This document shows, in pieces, positions 31,066 to 41,333 of a stretch of DNA of 64,000 bases (position 1 is the stretch's first letter; each line of letters opens with the position of its first letter). The DNA is from Akkermansiaceae bacterium (GTDB taxonomy: Bacteria; Verrucomicrobiota; Verrucomicrobiia; Verrucomicrobiales; Akkermansiaceae): NCBI GenBank assembly GCA_051251915.1, contig JBPOGF010000003.1, positions 201,479 to 265,478 on the forward strand. Reading direction: 5' to 3'. A model generated the notes under the pieces. It saw only the letters and a list, made by a program, of their open reading frames with translations. It was not told the origin of the DNA and ran no database searches. A program made the translations under genes and the position numbers.

Positions 31066-31284
31066 ATGAATCCAACATTAAGAGAGAAGGTAATCGAGGT
31101 CTGTGATCAGAAAATATCCTCTAAGGGTGAGGGTGTAGGGCTTTCATTCTATGCTTTTTTTAAGAATAAAAACTCTGATCCTGAGTTGCTTATGGAGATG
31201 GCGACTTGGTGGATTAAGACTCATCAGCTAGATCATTTTGAGAAGGCGGTCAGAATCCGAAATATGGTCAGAACGGGGCAGTAG
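31066..31284 (+). CDS. small conserved protein (DUF6500-like)
   Basis: VGLSFYAFFKNKNSDPELLMEMATWWI..HQLDHFEKA; family recalled from memory. Confidence 0.7.
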   Translation: MNPTLREKVIEVCDQKISSKGEGVGLSFYAFFKNKNSDPELLMEMATWWIKTHQLDHFEKAVRIRNMVRTGQ

Positions 31285-31293
31285 CCTTTATAG

Positions 31294-32028
31294 TTACCTT
31301 ACCATGGGCTCGAAGGAGTCAGGCATGGGGGCTTCGATCACGAGTTTGAGTTTGCTGTATGGGTGCTTGATGCTGAGCTTGGCGGCGTGGAGGGCTAGTC
31401 GTTTGGCGCCTTTTTCACCTTTGCCGTCGTTGCCGTATTTTTTATCGCCAACTACTGGGCAGCCTTTGTCCGCCATGTGGACGCGGATCTGGTGTTTTCT
31501 GCCGGTGAGGATGTTGAGCTCTACGAGGGAGTGGGTGTCATTTTGTTTGAGGACTTTGTAGGCTGTTTTAGAGAGTTTGCCTTGTTTTTTTTGTTCTGGG
31601 TTGGTGGCGGAGTACATTTTGAAGACGCCTTGTTCTACTAGGTAGGAGCTGATGATGCCTTCTTGCTCTGGTAGGTGACCGTGGACTACGGCGTAGTAGG
31701 TTTTGTTGAAGGTGGACCATTCTGACTGGAGGTAAGTTTTTGCTTCTTCGGACTTGGCGAAGACTAGGATGCCGGAGGTCTCGCGGTCTAGGCGGTGGAC
31801 GATGAATACGCGGTGTGGGGATTTGTGGTTTCCTTTGCTGACGTAGTCGGTGAGGTTGGAGTAGGCGGTGCGGTCGCTCTCGCGTTCATTTCCCATGGTG
31901 AGGAGTCCGCATGCTTTGTCGACGAAGACGATGTCGCGGTCTTCGAAGAGGATGTTAAGGCCCTTAGGTGAGTATTTCTTTGGTGGGCGAGGGAATTGTT
32001 TGTCTAGGCGATGGTCAGGCGTTGGCAT
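31294..32028 (-). CDS. RluA family pseudouridine synthase
   Basis: HRLDRETSG, TGRKHQIRVH and LALHA. Confidence 0.94.
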   Translation of the reverse strand: MPTPDHRLDKQFPRPPKKYSPKGLNILFEDRDIVFVDKACGLLTMGNERESDRTAYSNLTDYVSKGNHKSPHRVFIVHRLDRETSGILVFAKSEEAKTYLQSEWSTFNKTYYAVVHGHLPEQEGIISSYLVEQGVFKMYSATNPEQKKQGKLSKTAYKVLKQNDTHSLVELNILTGRKHQIRVHMADKGCPVVGDKKYGNDGKGEKGAKRLALHAAKLSIKHPYSKLKLVIEAPMPDSFEPMVR

Positions 32029-32182
32029 TAGGGCTGGAGTATGCCTGAGCTGGGGGCGAGGTCAAGCTTGGTGGTGGTGACGATTAGGGTTGTTTTGTGA
32101 TTTTGGTGCCGGGGGCGGGTCAGAGGTCATGGGTTGAGTGGTCATTGGTCTGATTCTCTGGAGGGTTTAGGTTGATGGTGGC

Positions 32183-32581
32183 TTAGTTTTTTATGGGGAA
32201 GTCTTTGGTGTGTCCGCAGTGGTGGCATTGGAGTTTGTGGACTTTTTTGATACAGTTGGAGAGGATGGTGAGGATGACTGGGGGACCAACTATGATAGCT
32301 ACAAATGCCATGGGGGTGCCGCGTCCTCCTTCGAATTTAAAGTAGGGGAACATTCCGAAAATAAGGATTAGTGCTGAAAGAAGGATGATGACGCTTAGCC
32401 AAGGGGCGAATGCGTGTAGCCTGGCTGAGAGTTTACTGCGGGAGTGAAAGAGGTTCACTCTGCGAGTCAGGGATGTGTGGCAATGTGGGCAGCGGTGGGG
32501 TATGTGTTTTGGCCATGAGAGGTTGAGCACGTCTTTGTCCCGTGTTTCTTTGAATTTAGGAGGTGCTGGGATCTGGTTCAT
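32183..32581 (-). CDS. small membrane protein with split zinc ribbon
   Basis: CPHC, two TM segments, then CHHC. Confidence 0.7.
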   Translation of the reverse strand: MNQIPAPPKFKETRDKDVLNLSWPKHIPHRCPHCHTSLTRRVNLFHSRSKLSARLHAFAPWLSVIILLSALILIFGMFPYFKFEGGRGTPMAFVAIIVGPPVILTILSNCIKKVHKLQCHHCGHTKDFPIKN

Positions 32582-32698
32582 GATGGGATAATAAGTTTTA
32601 ATCTGGGTAAACAAAGTAATAAGGCTAGGGAAAGGTGGATTGACATGAAATAGTTTGTAACTTATTCACTATCTTAACCGTATTCTTAGGTTCAGACT

Positions 32699-35503
32699 AT
32701 GTTTCGCCAAGCCCTTATTATTTTTGCACTTACTGTAATCGGTCAGTTCTGCGTTGCGCAGCCTACTTTTGAGGAGGTGCGGCCAATTTTGGAGCGGAGT
32801 TGTGTGCAGTGTCATGGGGAGAAGAAGTCTAAGGGTGGTTTGAGGCTGGATACTAAGGAGGGGTTTTTGGCGGGTGGTGAGAATGAGGATGTGATTGATT
32901 TGGGGGATTTGCCTAAGAGTCATTTGTTGAAGGTGATAAATTTGGGAGAGGATGATGATGAGTTGATGCCGCCGGTGGATGCTGATGGTGGGGTGACGCC
33001 GTTGTCTGGGGTTGAGAAGGATCTATTGGAACGGTGGATTTTGGCGAAGGCGCCTTATCCTGATGGGGTTACGCTGAGTGCGACTTCAAAACTTACCCCT
33101 AGTGATGGGCAGTTGGCGGGGTTGGTGGGGATTTCTGTTTATCCGAGTATGGTTCAGCTGGATTCGAAGTTGGATTCACATGCTCCGGTGTTGTATGGGG
33201 ATTATGAGAATGCGACTACGCAGGATCTGACTGATGTGGCGGTGTGGGAGATAGAGGACCCGACTATTTTGAAGATGGAGGGGAATGTGATGATGCCGCT
33301 GAAGGATGGGAGCACGGTGGTGACTGCTGTGGTAGGGGAGAAGCGGACTGAGGTGGAGGTGGTGGTGAAGAATGCGCTGAAGGAGCAGGCGATAAGTTTC
33401 ACGCTGGATGTGATGCCGACTTTGACGGCGTTGGGTTGTAATACGGGGTCGTGTCATGGATCTGCGAGGGGGCAGGATGGGTTTAATTTGTCGATCTTTG
33501 GGTTTGATCCTGAGGGGGATCATTATCGGATCACTAAGGAGCTGCCTGGGAGGCGGATTAATACGGCGATTCCTGAGAATAGTTTGTTGTTAACTAAGGC
33601 GACTGGGGCGGTGCCGCATACGGGTGGGAAGCTGACGACTAGTAAGAAGAAGACGTATCAGAATTTGTTGAGGTGGATTAAGGCTGGTGCGAGGTATGAT
33701 TATGATGAGGAGACGTTGCCGGTATCTATTGAGGTGTTTCCTAAGCAGTTGGTGATGCAGGGGGCGGGGACGCGGTCGCAGCTGACTGTGATAGCGCGGT
33801 ATGCTGATGGGACGGATAGGGATGTGACGGCGTTGTCTTCATTTTCTACGAGTAATGAGTCTAGTGTGAAGGTGAAGCAGAAGACGGGAAAACTTACCTC
33901 TGCGGTGAGGGGGGAGGCGTTTATTTTGGCGAGATTTCATACGTTTGTGGAGGGGATGCAGACGATAGTGATTCCGGAGGTGAATGATTATGTGCGGGAG
34001 GATTATCCGGCTAATAATTACATTGATGGTCACATTGCGAAGAAGCTGCATAAGTTGCGGATGAATGCATCTGGGTTGTGTACGGATGAGGTGTTTGTGC
34101 GTAAGGTTTATTTGGATTTGGTGGGGCATTTGCCTAGTGCTGAGGAGCGGGAGAAGTTTCTAACAGATGAGGGGGATGATAAGCGAGATAGGTTGGTGGA
34201 TGAGTTGATAGCTAGACCGGAGTTCATTGATATTTGGGTGATGAAGTGGTCTGAGTTGTTGCAGATTAGGACATTTAATAATGTGGTGAGTTATAAGGCG
34301 GTGTTGCTGTATCATCAGTGGTTGAGGGAGCAGTTTCATGAGGAGGTGCCTTTTAATGAGATCATTAATGAGATCCTTACTTCTAAAGGTGGGACATTTC
34401 AGGAGCCGGCGACGAATTTTTATCAGGTGGAGCGGGATACGCTGAAGCTGACAGAGAATGTCGCGCAGACGCTGATGGGGACACGGATTCAGTGTGCGCA
34501 GTGTCATAACCATCCGTTTGATCGGTGGACGATGGATGATTATTATAGTTTTACGGCATTTTTTGCGCAGGTGAGACGTAAGCCGGCGCAGGATCCGCGT
34601 GAGCAGATTATTTATGATGGAGGTGGTGAGATGAAGCATCCGGTGACGAAGAAGAATGCGATTCCGAAGTTTCTTGGGGGTGATGCTCCTGAGACGAAGG
34701 GCAAGGTGCGGAGGGAGTTGGCGGCGGATTGGTTGACGGCTCCGGAGAATCCTTGGTTTGCGAGGAATGTGTCTAACATTATTTGGGATCATTTTTTTGG
34801 TGGGGGGATTATTGATCCTGTGGATGATATAAGGGTGTCTAATCCGCCGAGTAATCCTGAGCTGTTAGAGGCGCTGACGAAGAAGTTTGTGGATGGAGGT
34901 TTTAGTATTCAGAAGTTGGCTCGTGATATCTGTACTTCGCGGACGTATCAGTTGGCTAGTGCGGTGAATGGGACGAATATGTATGATGAGACGAATTTTT
35001 CTCATAGTAAGATTCGCAGGATTCGTGCTGAATTTTTGTTAGATAGTATTGCGCAGGTGACGCGGACTCCGAATAAGTTTAAGGCGCTGCCGTTGGGGAC
35101 GAAGGCTACGAGGTTAGCGGATGGGAATACGTCTAATTATTTTTTGAAGACGTTTGGTAGGGCGAGTAGGTTGACGGTTTGTTCTTGTGAGGTGAAGCTG
35201 GAGCCGAATTTGTCTCAGGCGTTGCATTTGATCAATGGGAGTTCGATTCATCAGCGGATTATTCAGGGGAAGGTGATTCCGGATTTGATGAAGGAGAAGA
35301 AGTCTGATGGTGAGATTATCCAGCATTTTTATTTGGCGGCACTTTCTAGGAAGGCGACTGAGATGGAGATGGGGAAACTGTTAGAGCTGATGAAGACTAA
35401 TAAGGAGGAGCCTGGGAAAGAGCGGTATGCGAAACGGAAGGAGCTGTTAGAGGATGTTTTCTGGGCGGTTTTGAACTCTAAGGAATTTATATTTACTCAT
35501 TAG
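32699..35503 (+). CDS. planctomycete cytochrome c + Ig-like + DUF1549/DUF1553 protein
   Basis: CVQCH, CNTGSCHG, CAQCHNHPFDRWT, NPPSNPELL and WAVLNSKEFIFTH. Confidence 0.9.
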   Translation: MFRQALIIFALTVIGQFCVAQPTFEEVRPILERSCVQCHGEKKSKGGLRLDTKEGFLAGGENEDVIDLGDLPKSHLLKVINLGEDDDELMPPVDADGGVTPLSGVEKDLLERWILAKAPYPDGVTLSATSKLTPSDGQLAGLVGISVYPSMVQLDSKLDSHAPVLYGDYENATTQDLTDVAVWEIEDPTILKMEGNVMMPLKDGSTVVTAVVGEKRTEVEVVVKNALKEQAISFTLDVMPTLTALGCNTGSCHGSARGQDGFNLSIFGFDPEGDHYRITKELPGRRINTAIPENSLLLTKATGAVPHTGGKLTTSKKKTYQNLLRWIKAGARYDYDEETLPVSIEVFPKQLVMQGAGTRSQLTVIARYADGTDRDVTALSSFSTSNESSVKVKQKTGKLTSAVRGEAFILARFHTFVEGMQTIVIPEVNDYVREDYPANNYIDGHIAKKLHKLRMNASGLCTDEVFVRKVYLDLVGHLPSAEEREKFLTDEGDDKRDRLVDELIARPEFIDIWVMKWSELLQIRTFNNVVSYKAVLLYHQWLREQFHEEVPFNEIINEILTSKGGTFQEPATNFYQVERDTLKLTENVAQTLMGTRIQCAQCHNHPFDRWTMDDYYSFTAFFAQVRRKPAQDPREQIIYDGGGEMKHPVTKKNAIPKFLGGDAPETKGKVRRELAADWLTAPENPWFARNVSNIIWDHFFGGGIIDPVDDIRVSNPPSNPELLEALTKKFVDGGFSIQKLARDICTSRTYQLASAVNGTNMYDETNFSHSKIRRIRAEFLLDSIAQVTRTPNKFKALPLGTKATRLADGNTSNYFLKTFGRASRLTVCSCEVKLEPNLSQALHLINGSSIHQRIIQGKVIPDLMKEKKSDGEIIQHFYLAALSRKATEMEMGKLLELMKTNKEEPGKERYAKRKELLEDVFWAVLNSKEFIFTH

Positions 35504-35504
35504 T

Positions 35505-37493
35505 ATGAAGCGTTTGTTGATCATTATGGGGTTGATGCAGGTGGTTCATAGTCAGGATAAGCTGAACTATGACGACCATATTTTGCCGATTTTTGAGAAG
35601 TCTTGTACGAATTGTCATAATCCGGATAAGCGGAAGGGAGATTTGGATTTGAGCACTTATGGTGGGTTTTTGGCGGGGAGTTCTGGGGGGAAGGTTGCGA
35701 GTGTGGGGGATGGATCTGGGTCTAAGATATTTGCGACGGCGACGCATTCTGAGGAACCATTTATGCCTCCGAAGGGGAAGGGTGAGAAGCTGGATAAGAA
35801 GGATCTGCAGCAGATTAGGGAGTGGATAGATGGTGGGTTGTTAGAGACGAAGGATTCTAAGGCGAAGAAGGATAATACCCCGAAGATTGATTTCTCTAAG
35901 ATCAATGCGAATGCGGTTAAGGGGCCGGCACCGTTGCCAGTGAATTTGAGTTTGGAGCCTGTGACTACACCTCGGTTTGCGGGGGTGATTTCTGATATTG
36001 AGTGCAGTCCAACGGCGCCTGTTTTGGCGGTGACTTCGCAGCAGCAGACGTTGCTGTTTCATACGGATACGCTGGAGTTGATAGGGGTGATTCCGTTTCC
36101 TGAGTCTAAGAAGGGGGTGACGAATCCTGAGTCGCTGAGTTTTCATCCTGCGGGTAAATATTTGCTTGTGGGTGGTGGTGTGGCGGGGAAATCTGGGGTG
36201 ACGGTTTGCTGGGATGTTACTACTGGTGAGCCGCTGATGACGGTGGGGCGTGAGTATGATACGGTGATAGCGTCGTCGCTAAGGAGTGATTTGAAGGGGG
36301 TGGCTACTGGAGGGCCTTCACGGAGGGTGAAGATGTGGGATGCTGAGGCGAATGAGTTAGAATTTAATCATAAGAAGCATACGGACTGGGTGACGAGTTT
36401 GAGCTATTCGCATGATGGGGTTTTGCTGGCGAGTGGTGGCAGGGGTGGTGGAGTGTGGGTATGGGAGGCGCAGTCTGGGAATGAGTTTCATAAGTTGGGT
36501 GGGCATAAGGCTAGGGTTGTGGCGATTAAGTGGAGTCCGGATTCTAATTATTTGGCAACGGCGTCTGAGGATGGGACGTTGCGGATCTGGAATATGCAGG
36601 ATGGTAAGGAAGTGAAGAAGATAGATGCGCATAAGGGTGGGATTTTAGACATGGATTGGTCTAATAAGGGTGAATTTGTGACGGTGGGGAGAGATGGGTT
36701 TATCAAGACTTGGAAGTCTAATTATGGGTTGAAGAAGCAATTTCATCATAAGGTTGAATTGCCGCTCAGGGCGGAGTGGAGTCATGATGGAGGACGGGTT
36801 TTTGTGGCGGATTATAAGGGGGCGATTTCTGTTTGGGATGGGGAGTTAAAGCCGTTGGGGAAAGTGGATAGTAATCCGAAGCGGGTTGAGGATAGGATCA
36901 AGGGGTATGTGAGTGAGATGGGGCAGGTTCAGTTGTTGTTAGCGGCGGTGAATGAGAAAGTGGCGGCGGCTGAGAATCAGGTTAAGAATTTTGAAGATAG
37001 TATAAAGACGACTCAGCAGAAGTTGGTGGATAATAAGAAGGCGTATCAGTTGGCGCAGCAGAACCAGAGGAAGGCTGAGGGCGATCTGAGGAATAAGAAG
37101 AAGGAGGTATCTAAGCTTCAGGGGGGAATCAAGAGGGCAGATGCTGAGGTGAAGAAGCTGATGGCTCCGGAAAAGGCTAAGGAGCTGGTGGTGGCGAGGG
37201 CTAAGATTGATAAACTGAGGGGCGAGTTGAAGAAGGTGGAAGGTGGGATGAAGGAGGCGGAAGCAGCTATTCAGAAATTTAAGGCGGAGTATGGTAAGCG
37301 GAAGGGGCAGGATAAACCTTTGGTGGATAAGTTGAATGGACTAAGGAAAGAGCTTCCGAAAGAGCAGAAGAATGTGGTGAAACTTAAGGAGCCGCGTGGG
37401 CCGTTGGAAAAGCAGATTGATGTATTGGAAAGGAAGGCGCAGAGTTTGCGTGATTACCTGAGTCAGAGGGGTGGGGATACGGCGGCAAAGTAG
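35505..37493 (+). CDS. planctomycete cytochrome c + WD40 repeats + coiled coil
   Basis: CTNCH...MPP, GH...WD-type repeats and a K/E-rich C-terminal coiled coil. Confidence 0.9.
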   Translation: MKRLLIIMGLMQVVHSQDKLNYDDHILPIFEKSCTNCHNPDKRKGDLDLSTYGGFLAGSSGGKVASVGDGSGSKIFATATHSEEPFMPPKGKGEKLDKKDLQQIREWIDGGLLETKDSKAKKDNTPKIDFSKINANAVKGPAPLPVNLSLEPVTTPRFAGVISDIECSPTAPVLAVTSQQQTLLFHTDTLELIGVIPFPESKKGVTNPESLSFHPAGKYLLVGGGVAGKSGVTVCWDVTTGEPLMTVGREYDTVIASSLRSDLKGVATGGPSRRVKMWDAEANELEFNHKKHTDWVTSLSYSHDGVLLASGGRGGGVWVWEAQSGNEFHKLGGHKARVVAIKWSPDSNYLATASEDGTLRIWNMQDGKEVKKIDAHKGGILDMDWSNKGEFVTVGRDGFIKTWKSNYGLKKQFHHKVELPLRAEWSHDGGRVFVADYKGAISVWDGELKPLGKVDSNPKRVEDRIKGYVSEMGQVQLLLAAVNEKVAAAENQVKNFEDSIKTTQQKLVDNKKAYQLAQQNQRKAEGDLRNKKKEVSKLQGGIKRADAEVKKLMAPEKAKELVVARAKIDKLRGELKKVEGGMKEAEAAIQKFKAEYGKRKGQDKPLVDKLNGLRKELPKEQKNVVKLKEPRGPLEKQIDVLERKAQSLRDYLSQRGGDTAAK

Positions 37494-37548
37494 CTTGAAT
37501 TAGCTATTGGCTTGACCTCTGAGGTGAGTAGATTATTGCTTCTGCCAC

Positions 37549-39306
37549 ATGATTACTATCCAAGGACAACTTCAAGAGAAGCTAGCGCAGGCAATTTCTA
37601 AACTGGGTATTGAGCTGCCTGATGGCTTTAAGGCTGCGGTGGCTATTTCTGCGGATTTGAGGTTTGGGGATTATCAGTCGAATGTGGCGATGATGCTGAA
37701 GAAGCATTTGGGGAAGAATCCGCGTGAGATTGCTACTGATTTACTTGAGAATTTGGAGCTTGGGGAGTTGGCTACGGCGGATATTGCTGGGCCTGGGTTT
37801 ATTAATTTTCGGGTGACGAATGGGGCTTGGGCTGAGAAGGTGGATGCTCTGATTAGTGATGAGCGTTACGGTGTGCCGGTGGTGGATGAGCCGAAGAATA
37901 TTGTGGTGGATTTCTCTGGGCCGAATGTGGCTAAGCCGATGCATGTGGGGCATATCCGGTCTACGATTATTGGGGATTCGCTGTCACGTATTGCTACGTT
38001 TTTAGGGCATAATGTGACGACGGATAATCATATTGGGGACTGGGGGACGCAGTTTGGGATGATTATCTATGGGTGGAAGAATCTGTTAAGTGCTGAGGCG
38101 TTGGAGGAGAATCCTTTGCAGGAATTACTGCGAATTTACCGTGAGGTTACTAAGCTTTGTAAGGAGGACGAGGCTTTGAAGGAGAGCTGTAAGAGTGAGC
38201 TAGTGAAGCTACAGGGTGGTGATGAGGCTAATACGGAGATTTGGAATCGGTGTGTGGAAGTTTCTAAGCTTGGGTTGAATGCGATCTATGATCGGCTTGA
38301 TGTGAGTTTTGATCACTGGCATGGTGAGAGTTTTTATAATGATCAGCTTGGGCCTCTTGTGGAGGAGCTTGTGAATGAAGGTCATGCGAAGGAGAGTTCA
38401 GGTGCGTTGTGTGTTTTCTCTGGTGAGGCTGTTGAGCCGAAGCAGGATCCGTTTAAGGAGAAGCGTGATGATGCTTGGTCTGATTTGCCGATGATTGTGC
38501 GTAAGGCGGATGGGGCATTTAACTATGCTACTACTGATATTGCGACTGTGGATTATAGGTTGAAGGAGTGGGGTGCGGATAAGATTTGGTATGTGGTGGA
38601 TGCGCGTCAGGCGTTGCATTTCCGTCAGTTGTTCGACATTTCAGGGCGTCGTGGATGTTCTGCTGAAATGGAGCATATTACTTTTGGGACGATTTTAGGG
38701 AAGGATGGGAAGCCGTTGAAAACACGTGATGGTGATCTGCCTCAGCTTGGCGATGTGCTGGATGATGCGGTGGCTCAGTCACGCACGGTGATTGACGAGA
38801 AGAGTGATCATTTATCTGATGAGGAGAAGGGGGAGTTGGCTGAGACGATAGGGATTGGCTCGGTGAAATTTACTGAGCTTTCGCATAATCGGAACTCGGA
38901 TTACTTGTTTGATTTGGAGAAGATGGTGGCGCTTCAGGGGGATACAGCTCCTTATCTTCAGTATAGTAGTGTGCGTTGTAAGTCTATTTTCCGGAAGCTG
39001 GATGATGAGGTTGATTTTGCTGAGATTAAGGCGGTGATTTCTGAGGATGGGGAAGTGGCTCTCACTCGGATGTTGGCGCGTTATGGTGAGATTTTGCCAA
39101 ATGTCTTAGATGATTTACGACCGAATATTTTAGCAAGTTATCTATTAGAGTTAGCTCGGAGTTTTCATAGTTTCTTTGAGGCTTGTCCTGTGATACAGAG
39201 TGAAGGCGAAACGAAGCTGACACGCTTAGCTCTCTGTGAGTTAACGAGCCGTATCTTGAAGCATGGACTTAGTTTGTTAGGTATTAAAACGCCTGATAGA
39301 ATGTGA
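37549..39306 (+). CDS. argS: arginine--tRNA ligase
   Basis: FGDYQSN, GPGFIN, NVAKPMHVGH, GDWGTQFG and APYLQY. Confidence 0.97.
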   Translation: MITIQGQLQEKLAQAISKLGIELPDGFKAAVAISADLRFGDYQSNVAMMLKKHLGKNPREIATDLLENLELGELATADIAGPGFINFRVTNGAWAEKVDALISDERYGVPVVDEPKNIVVDFSGPNVAKPMHVGHIRSTIIGDSLSRIATFLGHNVTTDNHIGDWGTQFGMIIYGWKNLLSAEALEENPLQELLRIYREVTKLCKEDEALKESCKSELVKLQGGDEANTEIWNRCVEVSKLGLNAIYDRLDVSFDHWHGESFYNDQLGPLVEELVNEGHAKESSGALCVFSGEAVEPKQDPFKEKRDDAWSDLPMIVRKADGAFNYATTDIATVDYRLKEWGADKIWYVVDARQALHFRQLFDISGRRGCSAEMEHITFGTILGKDGKPLKTRDGDLPQLGDVLDDAVAQSRTVIDEKSDHLSDEEKGELAETIGIGSVKFTELSHNRNSDYLFDLEKMVALQGDTAPYLQYSSVRCKSIFRKLDDEVDFAEIKAVISEDGEVALTRMLARYGEILPNVLDDLRPNILASYLLELARSFHSFFEACPVIQSEGETKLTRLALCELTSRILKHGLSLLGIKTPDRM

Positions 39307-39372
39307 TCTTAGGTTATCACATTCTAATGCTTGCCTATTGGCTAAATCACGAGTAAATGTTAAATTGTAATT

Positions 39373-41160
39373 ATGATAGAAGAACGCTACGAAATCATTA
39401 AGCTATTAGGTAAGGGGAGGACTGGAGGCATCTATGAGGCCGAGGATACTAACCTTGGTCGAAAGGTGGCGATGCGTAGATTTTTCGCTCAAAATAAGCG
39501 AACTGATTTTGCTGAATACCAAGAGGATTTTGAAAAAGTAGCTCACTCATTGAGCGGGCTTCAGCATCCTAACTTGTTGCGTGTTTATGATGCAGGTGTC
39601 GATAGTGATGGTGCTTATATCATTTCACAATTACTTACTGGCGAGACGCTTCATAATAAGATTAAGGATGGGCCAATTCCGGTGTGGGAGGTCAATGATC
39701 TAGCTCAGCAAATGCTTGATGCGCTTAGTACTGCCCACAAAGAAGGTTTTGTTCATGGTGCTATTACACCTGGTTCTATTTTGATGTCGCCACGTGCACG
39801 AGGTGGTTATCTTTATGTAGTTCTTGATATGGGGCTGTCAAGATTGGCGCCATTGATTCAGGGGAAGGACTCGGTTTTATCTATCATGGCAGATCCAGCA
39901 ATTCTTGCGCCTGAGCTATTTGATGGTGGAGTAGCAACTGAGCGAGCTGATCTTTATATGCTAGGACATATTCTTTATATGTGTCTAGCGGGTGGCCATC
40001 CTTTTGGAGGGGTTTCTTCAGCGGAGGCAGAAAAACTACACCAAGAGGGACTGCCTCCACTTACGGAATTCAGTCCAGATGTGCCAGAGGACTTCCGGTT
40101 ATGGATAGAGAAGCTTACGCAGCTTGATCCGGAGGATCGTCCAGCGAATGCTGTGGAGGCACTCAACTCTTTACCTAAGGTGAACCGACCAGCAAGGAAG
40201 CACTCGGATGCAGTTTATACTGCGACGGCTCATCTTAAAACTAGTTCAACTGCACAGCTACAAGCACCAGCAGGAAATGTAACTGGTCCTCTGACTACGT
40301 TTGGAGTGTCTAGCACTGGGCCGCTGTCAGGGCTTGTGCCAGCAGGAGCAACGGGCGCTGCTGCGCCAGGCGGAATTCATGTTTTACCGGCGTCTGAGAA
40401 AGGTTCTAAGAAGGGGCTATTTATCATCATTGGTTTAGTCGTTGCGATAGGCGCAGTGGCTGCTTTGATCGTTCTCAAAGGAGGAGATGATATACGTAAA
40501 ACCTCAGCAGATGACGGTGAGGAGTCCTATGCTGAGAGAAATTCTGTTCAGGCAGAACAGATTCTTATTACTGACTTCGATGGCACCAAACGAAATAATA
40601 AGAACTGGAGAGTAACAACCGCTGAGTTGCAAAAAGCGCATAAGAGCCCTCAGGGTTTACTTATTGAGAGTGGTAGTTCAAAGCAGATGCCTGGACTAAG
40701 ATTCCCACTTAGAGCTTATGCTGGTGACATGTTTGACTTGGGCTGGAAGCTCACTTATGTAGTGCAGCCATTATCGGGTGCGCATCGTGTAGGTTTTAAA
40801 GTTAGCGAGAAGTGGAACCCTGGGTGGGATGGTGGTAATGTAAGTGTTTATCTTGTGGTCCACCGCATTTCAGAGAGTGAAGTACTCGTTAGTATGCGAG
40901 ATGCCAGTGGCAAGATCAAGAAAGGGAAGTCCCAGAAAGTGCAGTATGCTGGTGATGACTCTTGGCATACGATAACCTTGGAGCAAGGCCCTGAAGATTC
41001 ATCTGGTTCATATGTGGTGAGTATCGATGGTAAAAAAGCATTCGACGACACCTTTACTAGAGGATTAAAGGGGTATGATGATCAGATTTATAACTTCGCG
41101 TTCGACAAAAAGACGAAAGGCTCATGGGTTATAAAACAGATCAAGCTTGAGACACCATAG
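39373..41160 (+). CDS. membrane Hanks-type Ser/Thr kinase-fold protein (likely pseudokinase)
   Basis: GKGRTG, VAMRR, HGAITPGS, DMG, APE and DLYMLG; TM; extracytoplasmic beta-rich domain. Confidence 0.85.
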   Translation: MIEERYEIIKLLGKGRTGGIYEAEDTNLGRKVAMRRFFAQNKRTDFAEYQEDFEKVAHSLSGLQHPNLLRVYDAGVDSDGAYIISQLLTGETLHNKIKDGPIPVWEVNDLAQQMLDALSTAHKEGFVHGAITPGSILMSPRARGGYLYVVLDMGLSRLAPLIQGKDSVLSIMADPAILAPELFDGGVATERADLYMLGHILYMCLAGGHPFGGVSSAEAEKLHQEGLPPLTEFSPDVPEDFRLWIEKLTQLDPEDRPANAVEALNSLPKVNRPARKHSDAVYTATAHLKTSSTAQLQAPAGNVTGPLTTFGVSSTGPLSGLVPAGATGAAAPGGIHVLPASEKGSKKGLFIIIGLVVAIGAVAALIVLKGGDDIRKTSADDGEESYAERNSVQAEQILITDFDGTKRNNKNWRVTTAELQKAHKSPQGLLIESGSSKQMPGLRFPLRAYAGDMFDLGWKLTYVVQPLSGAHRVGFKVSEKWNPGWDGGNVSVYLVVHRISESEVLVSMRDASGKIKKGKSQKVQYAGDDSWHTITLEQGPEDSSGSYVVSIDGKKAFDDTFTRGLKGYDDQIYNFAFDKKTKGSWVIKQIKLETP

Positions 41161-41333
41161 GTAACCTTTGGTATCTCCCGACACTGCTGTTTTGGCACAT
41201 TGGGTTAGGACTTTGTAAGTGATGACTATTTTGTGGTAAAGGAATCCTAAGGGAGAGAGAGTAAAGTTGCGTTTACTCTCCCGTTATAGAACCGCTAGTT
41301 TGCAGAGGCTCCCTTTAGACTCTTCTATCAAAT

